NCBI RefSeq assembly: GCF_018350175.1
Contig: NC_058383.1
Span: forward strand, 15,936,001-16,000,000
Length of the DNA stretch: 64,000 nt
DNA from: Felis catus
Taxonomy: Eukaryota
Reading direction: 5' to 3'
The translations under genes were made by a program, and so were the position numbers. The notes under the pieces were generated by a model. That model was not told the origin of the DNA, did no database searches, and saw only the letters and a list, made by a program, of their open reading frames with translations. Positions 60,789 to 64,000 of the stretch are shown piece by piece; position 1 is the stretch's first letter; every line of letters begins with the position of its first letter.

Positions 60789-60843
60789 GAAGGCAGAGGG
60801 AAGGGCATGAGCGAAGGCAGAGGGAAGGGCATGAGCGAAGGCA
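60789..60843. repeat. 24-bp tandem repeat GAAGGCAGAGGGAAGGGCATGAGC, about 2.3 copies
   Basis: Read directly. Confidence 0.9.
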
Positions 60844-61354
60844 CAGAGTCATGCAGCCACATGGTGTGTGCAGGAATTGAGGGCCAGGAACGGGTGTGAT
60901 GGTTGACAAACCAAGCTTTGGGGTTTGGATTTATCCTCAAAGAGACAGGGACCTGCTCATTTCTCCTATTCCTATACTCATAATTTTGGGATGTCTCCAG
61001 ATACATCTTTGGATCTGCTCTCTACCTGCCTTCATTTCTTTGGTGACCACATAAATTCTCAAAGCTGACAACTTCAAGTTTACATCTCCAGGCTCATATA
61101 TTTATACAAGGCCAAAACCTTAGGGGTGGAGGTGGAGTGGGGAGAGGAAACTGGGCCAATGGGCTTTACCCACCAGGGTCTGTTTTTCAGGTTCACCTTT
61201 CATTAGTTCTCTGTCCTCTTCCCCATTAGACGGTAGAAAATCAATTTGTATTAAAATCAATTTATTAATTTTAGGAGACAATAGACCTTTAATTATTTAT
61301 TTTTTGCCTGTTTTTTCAAAAATATATTTTTGAAAATTCGTTTTTTTTTTATTT

Positions 61355-61945
61355 TAAATGTTTATCTATTGATTTGTTTTATAATTGATTTATTTACTTT
61401 GAGAGAGAGAGAGAGAGCTGGGGAGGGACAGAGAATGAGAGAGAATCCCAAGCAGGCTCCGCACTGTCAGCGCAGAGCCTGATGTGGGGCTTGAACCCAC
61501 TAACTGAGATCATGACCTGAGCCCAGATGAGGAGTCAACCAATTAACTGACTGAGCCACCCAGGTAGCCCTATTTATTGATTTTTGAGAGAGAGTGAGCA
61601 CAAACAAGGGAGGGGCAGAGACAGAGAGATATAGAATCTGAAGCAGGCTCCAGGCTCTGAGTGGACAATACAGAGCTCGATGTGGGGCTGGAATGCATGA
61701 ACCACAAGATCATGACCTGAGCCAAAGTCCCACACTTAACCAACTGAGCCCCCCAGGTGCCCCTATTTATTTATTTTGAGAAAGAGAACATGGAGGAGGG
61801 GCAGAGAGAGAGAGGGAGAGAGAGAATCCCAAGCGGTCTCCGCACTGGCACTGACATCGCTGAGTCTGATGCAGGGCTCAAATTCACCAAATTAGATTAT
61901 GACCTAAGCTGAAGTCTGATGCTTAATTGAGCCACCCAGGCGCCT
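61355..61945 (-). mobile_element. Chain of three antisense CAN-SINEs upstream of GUSB
   Basis: Three consecutive gagcc(a/c)cccagg..ccc ends at about 61570, 61763 and 61945. Confidence 0.85.
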
Positions 61946-62449
61946 CTGCCTGTTTGATTTTAAAAAAGCATTTATTGGTTTGATTAAAAGAATAATGTTA
62001 TGTTCATTGCAGGAAATTTCAAAAAAATCAAAAAAGTATGAGAAACAAAATGGAAATTATCTATAACACCAGTAATACTTCACATCTACCTGTATTTCTG
62101 CGGATACAATATTTTGATCATACTGTATGTACTTTTGCATCCTACTTTTCTTGTTTTTATATTGTGAGAAAAAAAAAACCTTTAAATCTTGTCAGCTCCT
62201 AAAATATATTTTATTTTTACTATTCTGGGGACTCTGTTGGCAGTATGAAGGCCCATTATTAGGTTGCTTGGTTAAGTATAAAATCAGCAAAAAGTAAAAA
62301 AAAAAAAAAAGTAATTTTAAGAATCAGGTAACTGTACAATTTTATCTAGACCAGGTTACTGGGGCCATAAGCCCCCTCTCCTTGCATCTTTATGATCCCA
62401 CAACACCAACTGGGAGCCCTGAGCCCCTGGTTAGAGGTTTGGGGCTCAG

Positions 62450-63520
62450 GTGACGGTAGCTGGAGGCCCACGGTCAAGGCTACGGCCGCGGGGTGCACGC
62501 CACTAGGCACCGCAGAGACTTCGCCTGGGCTCACGGGCTGTCCGGCTGTTTCCCTGGGTCCCGCTCTGGCCGCAGCCCCGGACCGACCGCCCCGGGCGGG
62601 GGAGCAGTCGGACCGGGGAGGACAAGGCGGCGAGGCGGGCGCAGAGCCTGGGACCTCTGCCTTTCAGGACGGGGGCTGGAGGCTCGGGGTCCCTCTCCCC
62701 TGAGGGCCTAACCTCGGGCTCCCCGCCGGCCCACCCCCATCCCCGCCGCGGCCCTGTGGCCAGCAGACAGTGGCGTCCCTGCGGCCCCAGAGCTCCTCCG
62801 GACCGGGAACTCACCCTCAACCAAAATGGCGCGGGAGGCCTCAGGTGGGGCACGTGACTTCGCGCGCCGCCCCGTCCGCCTCCAGCGCCGCTCCGAGCCC
62901 AGCGGTAAGCGGCTGGCTGTGAGCTGCCACGAGCGAAGCATGCTCCGGGGGCCGGCGGCGGTCTGGGCGGCGCTCGGCCCGCTGCTTTGGGCCTGCGGGC
63001 TGGCGCTGCGGGGCGGGATGCTCTACCCCCGGGAGAGCCCGTCGCGGGAGCGCAAGGAGCTGAACGGCCTCTGGAGCTTCCGCGCCGACTTCTCCGAGAA
63101 CCGGCGCCAGGGCTTCGAGCAGCAGTGGTACCGGACCCCGCTGCGCGAGGTGCGGACCCAGCGGGGGAGGTGGGCAGGGAGTCTTCCTCTGAGGTCTCGG
63201 AGCTGTCGGCCAGGAGGAGGTTAAAGCTGGACGGCTTTGGAGGCGTGGGATCAGACGACGGGGAGAGGGACTGCGAGGGAGGAAACGGGTGGAGGGCCGG
63301 CCCGGACGTCCGGGGGGCGGCGGGACAGGCCTCTGCTCCAGCCCGGTTCGGTAAGACTGGCTGAGCCGGACAGGCTCGCGGCGCTGGCACTGAGCTCGGG
63401 GGCGGGAGGACAGGAGGTGTAGGCGTCTTGGCACCAGCCCTGCTCTGGCGCGAAGGACCTGGGGTTCTGAGGTTCAGAGAGAGGACGGGGCTTGGCACCC
63501 ACCCGGCCAAGGACTCCTCC
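62450..63520. promoter_or_regulatory. GUSB: GUSB CpG island with YY1-like CAAAATGGCG (62822-62831) and CLEAR/E-box GGCACGTGAC (62849-62858)
   Basis: Motifs read directly; the CLEAR consensus GTCACGTGAC is typical of lysosomal gene promoters bound by TFEB/TFE3. Confidence 0.75.
62940..63149 (+). CDS. GUSB: Beta-glucuronidase exon 1 (signal peptide plus start of the mature enzyme); gene continues beyond the window
   Basis: [70 protein letters not shown]|gtgcgg, 210 nt; hydrophobic leader followed by the GUSB motif [24 protein letters not shown]. Confidence 0.96.
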
Positions 63521-64000
63521 CGGGCTCTCCCCTCTGACTTGGGTGGTGTCGGCGGGAAGTGGTGCTGGGCCTGTGTGCCCACTGGCCCTCTCTTCTCTCC
63601 TAGATCCTCTTTTGTCAGTCTTTGCCATCCGTTCCTCAGGGGAGGAAGAACTGGGTGCGGGGCTTGTGCCCCACTCACAGTTTCCTCAGCAGAGCAGCCC
63701 CTGCCCCCACCAGCTTCCTCCCCGGGGCAGTCGGTTGTCTTCCTCTTAGGGTCTGGTCTGAAGGGATCCTCTCGCCTCTGCCTGGGTTGTGGGCTGGGCT
63801 CGCCCTTGTCCACAGACTGCCCTGAGAAGGAGCTGGCTGCCCCCCAGCCCCAGACACAAACCATGCTAGCAGGAGGATCTCTTACCAAGTTATGCATCCA
63901 TTCAGCCAACGTTTTTTGAGTCTCTTACATGCAGGGCTGTGCCAGACCCTGGGATACAGCTGTGAGGGACAGAGGAAATCCCACAGACAGGACGTCAGGA

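Noticed and set aside
60789..60843. 24-bp direct repeats as a CRISPR-like array
   Set aside because: No spacers, only about 2.3 copies, and a mammalian context; an ordinary tandem duplication.
62503..63909. 468-aa minus-strand ORF antisense to GUSB
   Set aside because: Low-complexity Pro/Arg/Gly/Ala translation, typical of stop-poor GC-rich CpG islands; no recognisable domain.

Overview
This is mammalian genomic DNA, almost certainly a felid: it carries dozens of CAN-SINEs including near-identical young SINEC_Fc-type copies, and the GUSB N-terminus matches feline beta-glucuronidase as I recall it. Three CpG-island genes are present. CRCP contributes only its first coding exon (minus strand, ATG at 6634; intron 1 runs off the left edge). 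ASL (argininosuccinate lyase) is complete on the plus strand: 16 coding exons, 32513-41854, 1395 nt / 464 aa, with one GC-AG intron. GUSB contributes exon 1 (plus strand, ATG at 62940). The intergenic DNA is a dense retroelement record: two RPL9 processed pseudogenes, a U6-L1 chimeric retrocopy, four solo LTRs in about 2.6 kb (some nested), a twin-primed L1, old L1/L2/MaLR/DNA-transposon fragments, microsatellites and a 94-bp perfect AT-rich palindrome. I found no convincing previously undescribed biological system. The most interesting signals are retrotransposition architecture, non-B-DNA motifs and splicing or promoter oddities. Repeat family names and repeat boundaries are from recognition by eye, not from a database search.
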